Source: Alphaproteobacteria bacterium (GTDB taxonomy: Bacteria; Pseudomonadota; Alphaproteobacteria; SHVV01). Taken from it: 64,000 bases of DNA. The notes below the pieces were generated by a model. It was not told the DNA's origin, made no database searches, and saw only the letters and a list, made by a program, of their open reading frames with translations. Position 1 is the stretch's first letter, and every line of letters starts with the position of its first letter. This document shows positions 10,804 to 21,238 of the stretch, piece after piece. The stretch lies in the NCBI GenBank assembly GCA_965261735.1, contig OZ253470.1, positions 1,952,001 through 2,016,000 of the forward strand, written 5' to 3'. The translations under genes were made by a program, and so were the position numbers.

Positions 10804-10912
10804 CTTGCATATCCGGTTAACGCCCATGACCGCTACATGTAGGGTGCCGCCACTCTCCCGAGTAAAGCTCGGCATAGGTTGGAGCAGAGGTGTCGCCCGC
10901 GATGCCGAGCAA
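10804..10912 (-). mobile_element. IS1595 end fragment, near-identical to 38466-38574
   Basis: CTTGCATATCCGGTTAACGCCCATG...GATGCCGAGCAA. Confidence 0.85.
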
Positions 10913-11717
10913 GCTCGCGGATATGGCGCCAGTCCATGCAGATGTAATGGATGGCGCCGTCGCGGCTGTGCGTGCACAGGTGCTGCAGGACGGTTTCGAG
11001 GAAGTTTGAGAATTCGGCCTCGGACATCTCGCCCGATGCCATGGCGAACTCCTTGTGTCGCACACGCCCAAGTCCGCAGACATTGCCGTCGATCGGGACG
11101 TTGTAGGGTGGGTCCGTGAACACCATTTGGGCCAATTCGCCGTCGAGCAGCGTCTCGAAGGAACCCGGGTCCCTTGCATCCCCACACAGGAGCCGATGCT
11201 TGCCGAGTTGCCAGAGATCACCCGGGACGGTGATCGGTGGTGCGTCGGCGTCGATCTCCGGGACCCGGTCCGCATCGTCGTCGGGCTCGGTGGGACCGAG
11301 GACAAGGCCGTCGATCTCTGCCGTGTTGAAACCGATGACCTCGATATCGAAGTCGAGGTCGATCTCGCAGAGCGCCTTCAGCTCTATCGACAACAGTTCC
11401 TCATCCCAACCGGCCAGCTCGGCCAGGCGGTTATCGGCGATGACGTACGCCTGAACCTGTGCTTGGGTGAGGTCGCTCAGCCGGATTGCTGGGATCTCTT
11501 CGAACCCAAGCAGCTTCGCCGCTGCCAGACGCCCGTGGCCCGCGACGACCTGCCGGTCTTCATCGATCAGGATGGGGTTCGTCCAGCCGAATGTCTCGAT
11601 GGACGCAGCAATCTGCCGGATCTGCTTTTTCGTATGCGTACGGGCATTTCGCGCATACGGCTTGAGGGTCGAGATCCCGAGATGCTCAACCTTGAGATCC
11701 CGAACGCGCTCAGACAT
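10913..11717 (-). pseudogene. ParB-like domain fused to N6/N4 DNA methyltransferase, 3'-truncated by the IS1595 fragment
   Basis: NARTH, FGWTNPILID, VAGHGRL and YVIADNRLAE (ParB). LWQLGKHRLLCGD and VFTDPPYN (MTase motif IV). Confidence 0.85.
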
Positions 11718-11723
11718 CGGACG

Positions 11724-11848
11724 AGCTTTGTCAAGTTGACCGGATTCACTCCGAAATATCTGTAAATTGTCGATGGCTTCTCTACGCAATTTCAATGGCT
11801 TGGCCTCATGGAGAAATGCCGAAAACAGCCTACAATCAGTTAACTTGA
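11724..11848. mobile_element. IS6-derived MITE copy with right IR split by an IS1111 insertion (IR completed by CAATGCC at 13203-13209)
   Basis: Homologous to 7978-8109. Left IR is GCTTTGTCAAGTTGACCGG. Confidence 0.7.
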
Positions 11849-11927
11849 TGGTATGGACGCCCCCTACGGCTTCACGATGAGCCATACTGGAGTGTGTTGA
11901 ACAACCCAGACAGAGGGAGCGTCCACG

Positions 11928-12947
11928 ATGGATATTACGACAATTGGGTTTGATCTGGCAAAGACGGTGTTCCAGGTTCACGGTGCTGATGGTGAGGGAC
12001 GACCGGTACTACGGCGGAAGCTGCGCCGCGGGAAGGTGCTGGCGTTCTTCGCCGGATTGCCATCCTGTCTTGTCGGTATGGAAGCCTGTGCCTCTGCGCA
12101 CTATTGGGCTCGGGAACTGCAAGCACACGGGCACAAAGTTCAGCTGATTCCGCCTCAATACGTTCGTCCCTTCGTCAAAACGAATAAGAACGACGCAGCG
12201 GATGCGGAAGCGATCTGTGAGGCAGTGACGCGTCCGACGATGCGCTTTGCACCGGCGAAAAGCGCCGAGCAGCAGTCGGTTCTGATGCTGCACCGGGCCC
12301 GAGAGCTGTTGGTCCGTCAACGCACGATGGTGATCAATGCGCTTCGCGGCCACTGTGCGGAGCTCGGACTGATCGTCGCTCAAGGGGCGTCGAAGGTGGA
12401 GGAACTGGTTGCCATCATCGAAGATCCCGGCGATGTGCGACTGCCGCCTCTGGCACGCGAGGCGCTTGGCTCTCTGGTTGAGCAGCTCCGTTCTGCTCAG
12501 GCCCGGATCAAGCAGCTGGAAGTGACGCTTTTGGCATGGCACCGCTCCAACGAGGCGAGCCGCCGTCTTGCGACGATCCCCGGCGTCGGTGTCATCACCG
12601 CGACGGCGCTGGTCGCGACGATCGGCGATGGCGCACAGTTCCGCTCGGGCCGACAGCTTTCGGCCTGGCTCGGTCTCGTGCCCCGGCAGCACTCGAGTGG
12701 CGGCAAGGATAGACTGGGACGGATATCGAAGCGCGGGGATGGCTATATCAGGCGCTTGCTCGTGCATGGTGCGCGAACCGTGCTGCGCTGGCGCCGCGCC
12801 AAGCCGGGCACGGGGCCTGGCTGGACCGACCGGCTCCTGGCGCGGCGGCCGACAAACGTGGTGCTGGTCGCCATGGCCAATAAGGCAGCCCGTGTCGCCT
12901 GGGCACTGCTCAGGTACGAGCGTATCTACCGACCGACGCCGGCATAG
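11928..12947 (+). CDS. IS110-family recombinase/transposase
   Basis: IGFDLAKTVFQ, MEAC and KNDAADAEAI (DEDD), plus LGLVPRQHSSGGK. Confidence 0.95.
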   Translation: MDITTIGFDLAKTVFQVHGADGEGRPVLRRKLRRGKVLAFFAGLPSCLVGMEACASAHYWARELQAHGHKVQLIPPQYVRPFVKTNKNDAADAEAICEAVTRPTMRFAPAKSAEQQSVLMLHRARELLVRQRTMVINALRGHCAELGLIVAQGASKVEELVAIIEDPGDVRLPPLAREALGSLVEQLRSAQARIKQLEVTLLAWHRSNEASRRLATIPGVGVITATALVATIGDGAQFRSGRQLSAWLGLVPRQHSSGGKDRLGRISKRGDGYIRRLLVHGARTVLRWRRAKPGTGPGWTDRLLARRPTNVVLVAMANKAARVAWALLRYERIYRPTPA

Positions 12948-12989
12948 CCAGCTGGCAAACCGGGATCAAATTGCGAGGGTGACGACGAT

Positions 12990-13150
12990 TTGATGGCGAA
13001 ACAGGGTTCCACCCGAGATCGGCCAAACCCGAGGCATTGTCCGAGCATCAAGCTCGTTAGTCTGACTGGGCGTCGATCTTTCGGATTCCATCAGGGCCAG
13101 CGGTCAGCGTACCGCAGCGAAAAGGCCGGATACATGACTGCAAGCTCTAC
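12990..13150 (+). ncRNA. Predicted seekRNA/bridge RNA in the IS1111 3' non-coding region (copies at about 17530-17690 and 35765-35920, minus strand)
   Basis: GGCATTGTC and GTTAGTCTGAC flank a GAGC/GCTC stem and match the target flanks. CCATCA and ATACATGA match the element's own ends. Boundaries are inferred. Confidence 0.75.
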
Positions 13151-13209
13151 CGCCGATTCAAATCAGTTTTCCCCTTGCAACACCGGGGGCGTCCATACAT
13201 GACAATGCC

Positions 13210-13520
13210 CGCAGCTGTTCGCTGGTCATATTAGTGAGCTTGATCGTGGGAACATGATCCATGCCGAGCATCTTTGCAGCTTCGTGCCGGCCGTGACCCG
13301 CAACGACACGATTTTCTTCATCAATAAGAATTGGATTCGTCCAACCGAAAGTCTTTACGGATTCAATAATTTGACGAATTTGTTTTGTTGAGTGCGTGCG
13401 CCCATTTTTTTGAGTGCGCACGTCGAGATCTGATACAGGCCGGACCTCGACGTTCAGGTCGCAAATCCGAGAATGTCCAGGAGGAGTTGCCGGCTTGGGC
13501 AACGAAAGGTTCCTTGCCAT
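13210..13520 (-). pseudogene. ParB-like (ParB-MTase) N-terminal fragment, truncated at an IS6-type IR tip
   Basis: RTHSTKQIRQI, FGWTNPILIDE, VAGHGRHEAA, EQLRA. Confidence 0.8.
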
Positions 13521-13608
13521 TTCTTGGCTTCCAAGATTAGTTTTTGAAGGCGCAAGGATTCCAAAAAAATCCAAGTGAAAAAATTCGTCTACAAAATTTT
13601 GGACAGGT

Positions 13609-14330
13609 TTATTTGTCTTTCTTCCGTGGTCTTCCGGCGGATTTTAACTCCGACATGTATTCGTCCGGGATCTGACATACAGCTATCTTGCCCGTATTAG
13701 GCCATCCTTCTGTCCATTGGGGGGACCTCCAGTCTCCGGGAACGCGCCAAATATCGCCTTGCAACGGTGGTGCCGCCTTAGCGTGCGAATGGGTCCATGT
13801 CTCGCCCCAGTGGCGCAAGGCTTCCGACTCCAGCAGAAACGCCTGGAAATCCGTTGCATAATCATATCCGACTTCCGGCTTTTCCATAAATCGGAGGTCT
13901 CTCAACACCCAGGCTCCCCACAAGTGAGCGACCGACCGATATCGGGACCAACAATCATGAAGACTTGAGCGAGAACCGGATTTGCAATGCTGGCCTGCGA
14001 CTCTTTCCACAATTTCATTACGTTGTTAAGCGTAGCCAATCCGGGGTCCGTATAGCGCAGACCGAAATAAGTTTTAAGAATCTGACCCGCTGCTGTCGCT
14101 TGGTACCATCTCTTCTCTAAATCCGTTAGTGGTTGTCCCGCACCTTCTGCAATACGTTTCAGGTCGGAATACGGTAACTCTCCTCCTCGTCGATGAAACT
14201 CCTTATGTGGAGCAGCGAGATACTGAGAGGCAAACGCTTCAGATTTCGCTTGATCTTCTTTTAGGGGATGCAACATCACACCGAGAACTGCAGCGAAGGG
14301 TTCAGGGTGAGAAAGAGGTAGAATTGGCAT
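13609..14330 (-). pseudogene. Hypothetical protein upstream of ParB-MTase, frameshifted near 14010
   Basis: Two overlapping ORFs (13902..14330 and 13609..14010) in a lower-GC block, ending AGRPRKKDK. Confidence 0.55.
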
Positions 14331-14412
14331 GATCGATCTCCGAAAATTCCCGCTGTTCCTTCAGAAGACCCCATCCACACGGAGTTATAGATGAGGTCGC
14401 GGAATGGGAATT

Positions 14413-14535
14413 TGTCAACGGCGGAGTAAAATGGGGCCACCGCGGCGGTGTAAAGAAGAGCCACCGGCGGCTGCGAGCTTGTCCCCGTAGATCCTATGAG
14501 GCGACTCGGCGAGCGGCGCTACGGTGCCGCCGGCC
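14413..14535 (+). mobile_element. IS21-like terminal fragment
   Basis: TGTCAACGGCGGAGTAAAATGGGGCCA followed by a repeat GGCGGTGTAAAGAAGAGCCA, the multi-repeat end typical of IS21. Confidence 0.55.
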
Positions 14536-15120
14536 AGGAATCCTTCGCCGTTGTCGCGCCGCACGATGTTCCGCAGCGCCGCGTTGGCCTCCATGGTCGA
14601 GGCATCGACGCCGATGCGCTCGCCCTTGATCAGCCCCGCCTCGGCGATCAGCACCAGAACCCAGTCGAAGACCGCCGCGTGGACTTCATGGGGCAGGCGC
14701 GTGCGGCTCCGTGACAGCTAGGAATGGTCCGGTACCCGATCACGGCTCCCCAGTCGCAGGAACGCCCGCAGCGGAAGCGAGTCCGAGCAGCGCCACTCCA
14801 GACCGCGCTCGCTGTCGATGCCCTCGAAGTAGCCCACCAGGTGCATCCGGAAATAGCGCCCGGGCGGCACCGAGGGCGCGCCCATCCGGGCCGCGTAATA
14901 AGGCCGGCAGCTCGCCTCGGCAAAGGCGTCGAAGCCGCCCTCGATCAGCTCCGACTGCAGGCGGTCATAAAACACATGACCCGGAGAGCGCGGCATCTCC
15001 GACCAGCTCACCATCAGGTCCCCCTGACCATCCTTCTGCCGTCCCACCGCCATCGGCGAATCCCCCTGCAAATCAGGGAACCAGAGAATCAGACGGCGCC
15101 GACTTAATCAACGGGCTGCT
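14536..15120 (-). mobile_element. IS1182/IS5-like element, 5' part, transposase with in-frame stop at 14718-14720
   Basis: GHVFYDRL...GAPSVPPGRYFRM...IDSERGLEW...PDHS*LSR...VDASTMEANA. End AGCAGCCCGTTGATTA. Confidence 0.75.
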
Positions 15121-15197
15121 GAGCCCCATGCTGATCAGCCCGTGCAGCGCGGCGGAGGAACAGACGAAGGTATCGAGGGCTTCATTGCGCTCGCCAT

Positions 15198-15621
15198 CTG
15201 GCGAACAAGATGGCGCGCATCATCTGGGCGCCGACGGTCAAGAAGGAAACCTACCGGGCGCCAGCAGCGGTTGCCGCTGGTCCGGAATAGCTACCCGGAA
15301 GAGAAAGGCTGTTTAGAATTGGAACGCCGGGCTCTGCGGACACGGTCTTGAGGGCGTGATGCGCGGATAACCCCGGTTGGTGCGGTTGGGACGAAAGACA
15401 ACATAGGGGCGAAAGGTCAGAAAAACGGGGTCGGAAAAACCAGTATGAGACGCAGGGCTGTGAAGCATACCGCCTCACCGATTTGGATCCGATCCACGAA
15501 CACCATATGGGCCCGCGGCGCATGAATGCCGCTTCACAGAGGCCGGACATACGACAGTACCTGACCGCATGTCACAAGTTGTTCAAATTCCTTCTCGCGC
15601 TGCAGGGGGCGTCCACATACG
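15198..15621 (+). mobile_element. Second IS1111-type element, 3' relic (transposase tail, non-coding region and right end)
   Basis: LANKMARIIWAPTVKKETYRAP, GAGGCCGGACATACGAC in the non-coding region, right end GGGGGCGTCCACATACG. Confidence 0.75.
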
Positions 15622-15760
15622 TCTCATGGCAGACATCGATACCGCGCTCGGACAAGAGATCTTCGACTTGTCTCAGCGACAACGGGTAACGGACATACAT
15701 CATGACCGCGAGGCGGATGATCTCGGGCGAACTGTTGAAGTAGCGGAAGGGATTTAGCCT
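15620..15760 (-). pseudogene. IS6-family transposase N-terminal fragment, interrupted at CHET
   Basis: NPFRYFNSSPEIIRLAVMMYVRYPLSLRQVEDLLSERGIDVCHET. Confidence 0.85.
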
Positions 15761-16009
15761 ATCTATCGGACGTTGCCGAGTATTACCATCTTGCGCTTGG
15801 CGCCGATCCGGCATTCGGGCCTGTCACGTAATCCAGCGCATCCCAAAGCCGACACCGTTTGGGGTCGGCGAGAGCCGTACTCGCTTCATGAGTTGTCGTC
15901 AGTCATTTCGTTCAATTGGCGCAAGCTGCTCGGTCTGGATGAACATAGCTGCTCCGGTGGTCTGTGCGGCGGCGGTGTGCAGGGTGAAATAGCACGAATT
16001 CGGCGCCGA

Positions 16010-16600
16010 TCAATTCTCGCCTCCGCCGGCTCCGGAAGCGGGGGTGCCGATGTGATGGCGGTTCAGCAACGGCAGCTGGGTCAGAATGAACAGGAAGGTC
16101 AGCCCCATGATGCCGAACACCTTGAAGCTTACCCAGAAATCGGTGCTCTGGGTACGCCAGACCGCTTCGTTGAGGAGCGCCATCGCGACGAAGAAAATTC
16201 CGAAGCGGAAGGTGAGCCGGCGCCAACCTTCGTCGTTCATCTGCCAGGCCGCGCCGAGGACCGGCTTGAGGAGGGAACGCCTGAAGGCGAGCCCGCCCAG
16301 CAATACGGCCGCGATCAGCCCCTGCACGATGGTCGGCTTGAGCTTGATGAAGGTCTCGTCGTTGAGCCAGAGGGTGAGGCCGCCGAAGACGCCGACCACC
16401 CCGGCGGTGATCAGCGGCATCAGCGGCACCCGCCGGCTGACAGCGTAGGAAAGCGCGAGCGCGGCCGCGGTGGCGATCATCAGTGCGGCGGTTGCGGTGA
16501 TCAGGTCGAAGAGGACATAGGCACCGAAGAAGACCACCAGGGCGCCGTACTCGGTAACGGGTTTGACGGCCCGGTTCCGTTCGCTTGTCGTGGTCGGCAT
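16010..16600 (-). CDS. ispZ: Septation protein A / YciB inner-membrane protein
   Basis: VFGGLTLWLNDETFIKLKPTI and WVSFKVFG motifs. Confidence 0.9.
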   Translation of the reverse strand: MPTTTSERNRAVKPVTEYGALVVFFGAYVLFDLITATAALMIATAAALALSYAVSRRVPLMPLITAGVVGVFGGLTLWLNDETFIKLKPTIVQGLIAAVLLGGLAFRRSLLKPVLGAAWQMNDEGWRRLTFRFGIFFVAMALLNEAVWRTQSTDFWVSFKVFGIMGLTFLFILTQLPLLNRHHIGTPASGAGGGEN

Positions 16601-16606
16601 CGGCGA

Positions 16607-17335
16607 CTAGTGGATAAGATCTGACATTTGAATCCCGAGGGGGATTCCTGCCGGACTCTCTGTGTGCGAGTCTGGCTCATGCGCCCAGGAATCAGCATCA
16701 TCTTGAGCCCTGCCGACCGTCGTCGTCTGGAGGCGCTCGTCGAGGACCGCAACGTCGCCCAGAAGCATGTTTGGCGCGCACGGATCGTACTGCACAGCGC
16801 TGATGGCATCGGCACCAATGGGATCATGCGCCGGACCGGCAAGTCGAAGACCTGCGTCTGGCGCTGGCAGGAGCGCTTCGCCCAAGAGGGCTACGACGGT
16901 CTGCTGCGCGACAAGACACGGCCATCGCGCATCCCGCCGCTCGGCCCGGAGGTGGCCGAGCGGGTGGTCGCCCTGACGCTGAGCGACCCGCCCGCCGAGG
17001 CGACCCACTGGGTCGCCGCCATGATGGCCAAGGCGACCGGCATCAGCGTCAGCTCGGTGCGGCGCATCTGGCGCGCACACGGGCTTCGGCCGCATCGGGT
17101 GCGGCAATTCAAGCTTTCGAACGATCCCGACTTCGTCGCCAAACTGCGCCATGTGGTCGGGCTCTACGTCGACCCGCCGGCCCACGCCATCGTGCTCTCG
17201 GTCGACGAAAAGTCGCAGATCCAGGCGCTCGACCGCACCCAGCCCGGCCTGCCGATGAAAAAGGGCCGTCTTGGCACCATGACCCACGACTACAAGCGGC
17301 ATGGCACGACCACCCTGTTCGCCGCCCTCAACGGA
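16607..17335 (+). mobile_element. IS630-family element, 3'-truncated
   Basis: CTAGTGGATAAG left end. [25 protein letters not shown] and HDYKRHGTTTLFAALN. Confidence 0.85.
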
Positions 17336-17478
17336 GTCGGGCGGGCACCGCGTCCGGTCCACGCTCCATTCGCCTTCGGCGGACATAGCAAACAGTCGCT
17401 GCGCGAGGAGAACGGTCGTCTGGGCGCACTGCCGAGTCACGAACTGGTGTCGGCTACGTGGATACGTTGCGGGCATTG

Positions 17479-18835
17479 TCATGTATGGACGCCCCCGGTG
17501 TTGCAAGGGGAAAACTGATTTGAATCGGCGGTAGAGCTTGCAGTCATGTATCCGGCCTTTTCGCTGCGGTACGCTGACCGCTGGCCCTGATGGAATCCGA
17601 AAGATCGACGCCCAGTCAGACTAACGAGCTTGATGCTCGGACAATGCCTCGGGTTTGGCCGATCTCGGGTGGAACCCTGTTTCGCCATCAAATCGTCGTC
17701 ACCCTCGCAATTTGATCCCGGTTTGCCAGCTGGCTATGCCGGCGTCGGTCGGTAGATACGCTCGTACCTGAGCAGTGCCCAGGCGACACGGGCTGCCTTA
17801 TTGGCCATGGCGACCAGCACCACGTTTGTCGGCCGCCGCGCCAGGAGCCGGTCGGTCCAGCCAGGCCCCGTGCCCGGCTTGGCGCGGCGCCAGCGCAGCA
17901 CGGTTCGCGCACCATGCACGAGCAAGCGCCTGATATAGCCATCCCCGCGCTTCGATATCCGTCCCAGTCTATCCTTGCCGCCACTCGAGTGCTGCCGGGG
18001 CACGAGACCGAGCCAGGCCGAAAGCTGTCGGCCCGAGCGGAACTGTGCGCCATCGCCGATCGTCGCGACCAGCGCCGTCGCGGTGATGACACCGACGCCG
18101 GGGATCGTCGCAAGACGGCGGCTCGCCTCGTTGGAGCGGTGCCATGCCAAAAGCGTCACTTCCAGCTGCTTGATCCGGGCCTGAGCAGAACGGAGCTGCT
18201 CAACCAGAGAGCCAAGCGCCTCGCGTGCCAGAGGCGGCAGTCGCACATCGCCGGGATCTTCGATAATGGCAACCAGTTCCTCCACCTTCGACGCCCCCTG
18301 AGCGACGATCAGTCCGAACTCCGCACAGTGGCCGCGAAGCGCATTGATCACCATCGTGCGTTGACGGACCAACAGCTCTCGGGCCCGGTGCAGCATCAGA
18401 ACCGACTGCTGCTCGGCGCTTTTCGCCGGTGCAAAGCGCATCGTCGGACGCGTCACTGCCTCACAGATCGCTTCCGCATCCGCTGCGTCGTTCTTATTCG
18501 TTTTGACGAAGGGACGAACGTATTGAGGCGAAATCAGCTGAACTTTGTGCCCGTGTGCTTGCAGTTCCCGAGCCCAATAGTGCGCAGAGGCACAGGCTTC
18601 CATACCGACAAGACAGGATGGCAATCCGGCGAAGAACGCCAGCACCTTCCCGCGGCGCAGCTTCCGCCGTAGTACCGGTCGTCCCTCACCATCAGCACCG
18701 TGAACCTGGAACACCGTCTTTGCCAGATCAAACCCAATTGTCGTAATATCCATCGTGGACGCTCCCTCTGTCTGGGTTGTTCAACACACTCCAGTATGGC
18801 TCATCGTGAAGCCGTAGGGGGCGTCCATACCATCA
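17479..18835 (-). mobile_element. IS1111 complete copy 2, near-identical to copy 1 and inverted
   Basis: Same ends and the same 1357 bp length as copy 1. Confidence 0.95.
17734..18753 (-). CDS. IS110-family recombinase/transposase
   Basis: 339 aa, differing from 11928..12947 at P to S and L to F. Confidence 0.95.
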   Translation of the reverse strand: MDITTIGFDLAKTVFQVHGADGEGRPVLRRKLRRGKVLAFFAGLPSCLVGMEACASAHYWARELQAHGHKVQLISPQYVRPFVKTNKNDAADAEAICEAVTRPTMRFAPAKSAEQQSVLMLHRARELLVRQRTMVINALRGHCAEFGLIVAQGASKVEELVAIIEDPGDVRLPPLAREALGSLVEQLRSAQARIKQLEVTLLAWHRSNEASRRLATIPGVGVITATALVATIGDGAQFRSGRQLSAWLGLVPRQHSSGGKDRLGRISKRGDGYIRRLLVHGARTVLRWRRAKPGTGPGWTDRLLARRPTNVVLVAMANKAARVAWALLRYERIYRPTPA

Positions 18836-19056
18836 GAGTAAATGGGCTTGAGCTATTACGCTTCAGATTGGGTGGTGCTGTTTCAGTTAGGCTGATAATC
18901 GACGACTAAAGTTTCCTTCCGTGGCGTCTCACGCGGGCGCCAGATAAATCCCCTCTAACCCACTTTCGTTAGCAGCGTTTTCTTTGGTGCGGGGCAGGAT
19001 TTGTTGAAGCCCCTACAATTCGTCGCCCCGTTCAAGTCCCTTTTCGCCCCATCACG

Positions 19057-19965
19057 TCAGGCCAAGGCGGTTTCCAACAAGGCCAGCAACCGGCTCCAGG
19101 CCCGCTCCGCCTGGGCCTCGTTGTACACGGCGGAATCCGGAGGGCACCAGCCGTGCTGGGTGCCCGCGTACACTTCGATCTCTGCCGGCAGCCCGGCGGC
19201 AGCAAAGACCTCGCGCAGCACGTTCTTGGCCTCCGGGTCTTTCCTGTTGTCGTTCTCGGCGATCGCGAACAGATAGTGCGCTCGCATGTTGTCGACGAGC
19301 AGATGAGGGCTGTCGGGTGTATCGGTCACGAGTCTGCCGCCATGAAACGATGCGCCGGCACCTATCCGGCCGGGAAGCGCCGCTGCGGTGCGCATGGTGA
19401 TGGGGCCACCCATGCAGTATCCCATCGTCCCCATCTTCCGATCGCTGGCCACCGCGTCCTGACTGTCGAGGAACCCGACGAAGGCCCTCGCGTCCGTCAC
19501 ATTGGTCTCGGGGCTCAACGAGCGCATCAGGGGAAAGATCTTGTCGCGCGTCACTTTGTCTCGAAACGAGGCGCCCTCCGGCAGGACCGGCGCCTTCATG
19601 GTGCGGTAATAGGGATTGACGACCAGCGCTGCATACCCCGACTCGGCCAGCCGCCGCCCCATCTGCTCGAAGGCGGGCCGCAGGCCGAGCGCATCGGGCC
19701 AGATCAGCACGCCTGGATGGACGCCGCTCGAGGGGTGCACGAAGTGACAGTCCGCCGTGCCGTCGGGCGTCAACACCTCGACATCCCCGGCCGCCACTTC
19801 CAGCGCGTTCGCGGCCCGCGGCAAGAGCATGGCCAGCCCCGTCCCGACCGACAGCGCCGCGAACTCGCGCCGGGTCAGGTTTTTCGGACGGCGCAAGTAG
19901 TCCTCCGCGTCACGGAGTGCTCTCTCGTCGCACACGAGTGCCTCCCATCTCACCATGGTTCGCAT
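19057..19965 (-). CDS. Dienelactone hydrolase family protein with twin-arginine-like leader
   Basis: TRREF leader, GYCMGG nucleophile, SFHGG and HGWC. Confidence 0.9.
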   Translation of the reverse strand: MRTMVRWEALVCDERALRDAEDYLRRPKNLTRREFAALSVGTGLAMLLPRAANALEVAAGDVEVLTPDGTADCHFVHPSSGVHPGVLIWPDALGLRPAFEQMGRRLAESGYAALVVNPYYRTMKAPVLPEGASFRDKVTRDKIFPLMRSLSPETNVTDARAFVGFLDSQDAVASDRKMGTMGYCMGGPITMRTAAALPGRIGAGASFHGGRLVTDTPDSPHLLVDNMRAHYLFAIAENDNRKDPEAKNVLREVFAAAGLPAEIEVYAGTQHGWCPPDSAVYNEAQAERAWSRLLALLETALA

Positions 19966-20159
19966 TTTAGCCTAACACTTTTTTGCCCAGCAGCACGGCT
20001 CGCGTGGCCGCGTTTCGGCGCGGCGCTCGGGCGGGTGCCGGGATGCCGTAACAGCTCGGACCGAGAGCCGGAGCTCCCACGACCGCGCTCGGCCGCGACG
20101 CAGCCGCCAACGATAGTGCCCATGCGACCGCGTCGCGCGCGTCCACTGTTTTTCGACCC

Positions 20160-20550
20160 CGACCCTGGGGGGGGGGACTCCCCACCATTTGTAAATGGAG
20201 TTTGGCGGCTATTGTGCCCGCCGCTCGATGCCCTGGGTATCGGCTACGCGGCATGGCGTTGCCTTGGGTGTTCGGGATCGAAGGGGGTCTGGTTTTCGAG
20301 CATGGCACAGGCGACGGCGATGAGCCGGTCGGCGACGGATCGCAGGGCACGGGCATGGCCGTGGCCGCGGGCACGGAGGGCGGCGCGTATTTGGCACGGC
20401 TGGTTGGGTCGCGTTGCACGGCGACGCGCGCCCAGTGGTAGACGGCGTCGCGCAAGCGGTTGTGCGCGGCGAGGCGGCGGACAACGATCATGCTCTTGCC
20501 CGAGCGCCGGGTGACCGGGGCGGTGCCGCACAGGCAGCGCAAGGCGACCA
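20160..20550 (-). pseudogene. IS110-family transposase C-terminal relic, frameshifted
   Basis: ALRCLCGTAPVTRRSGK...NRLRDAVYHWA...ALRARGHGHARALRSVADRL. Confidence 0.7.
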
Positions 20551-20697
20551 GGGCAAGAAAACGCATTCCGTCCCCCCGGATCACGATGGGCCAACGCCCG
20601 TCCAGCGCGTGCGGTCGGCGCCGTCGCCCCTATGCCGCCGCCGATGGCCCTGGGGCGACCCCGAACGACAGACCTGCACGATGTGGTAATGCCATCC

Positions 20698-20793
20698 TGA
20701 CGTTGCTCCCGGATCCCGGACCAGGCGGTAAATTAACTGCCGACCTGGAGGGACGAGATGACAAAGCAGACGAGGCGGCGATTTTCGCCGGAC
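20698..20793 (+). mobile_element. IS3-family left-end fragment (homologous to 33820-34030)
   Basis: TGACGTTGCTCCCGGATCCCGGACCAGGCGG...MTKQTRRRFSP. Confidence 0.65.
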
Positions 20794-20954
20794 CTCGGCT
20801 ATTTCTCTCAATGGGCGGCCGCCGCCCATGCTTGGGCGATCGACGTCTATCTTTCACACCTCTTCGGATGTTGAATTATTGAGGGATGGCGAGACGCGGC
20901 TGCGCATCCCCAAGCGTGTCTGTCGAATGGCTCATGTGCCGAGCCCGGCGCAGC

Positions 20955-21066
20955 TTCGCCAAACTGCGCGATGTGGTCGGGCTCTACGTCGACCCGCCGG
21001 CCAACGCCATCGTGCTCTCGGTCGACGAAAAGTCGCAGATCCAGGCGCTCGACCGCACCCAGCCCG
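20955..21066 (+). pseudogene. IS630 transposase internal fragment
   Basis: [35 protein letters not shown]. Confidence 0.8.
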
Positions 21067-21238
21067 GTACAGAAATTCGATGTGACCGTAAAAGGTGACG
21101 CGGTGGAACTACAAGTGCCTGCACTGGCATAAGCTAGTTCCGCTGCTTTACGAAACCTTTTTCCGCTTCCAAATATCGCTAAGCGTGGTACCGCGTGGCT
21201 GCTGAGCAAAGGAGGAATAGATGTTCAAGGTTAACGGC

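Larger units (their letters stand above)
11846..13202 (+). mobile_element. IS110 family, IS1111 group, complete copy 1
   Basis: Subterminal IRs TATGGACGCCCCC and GGGGGCGTCCATA, TGA core at both ends, long 3' non-coding region. Confidence 0.95.
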
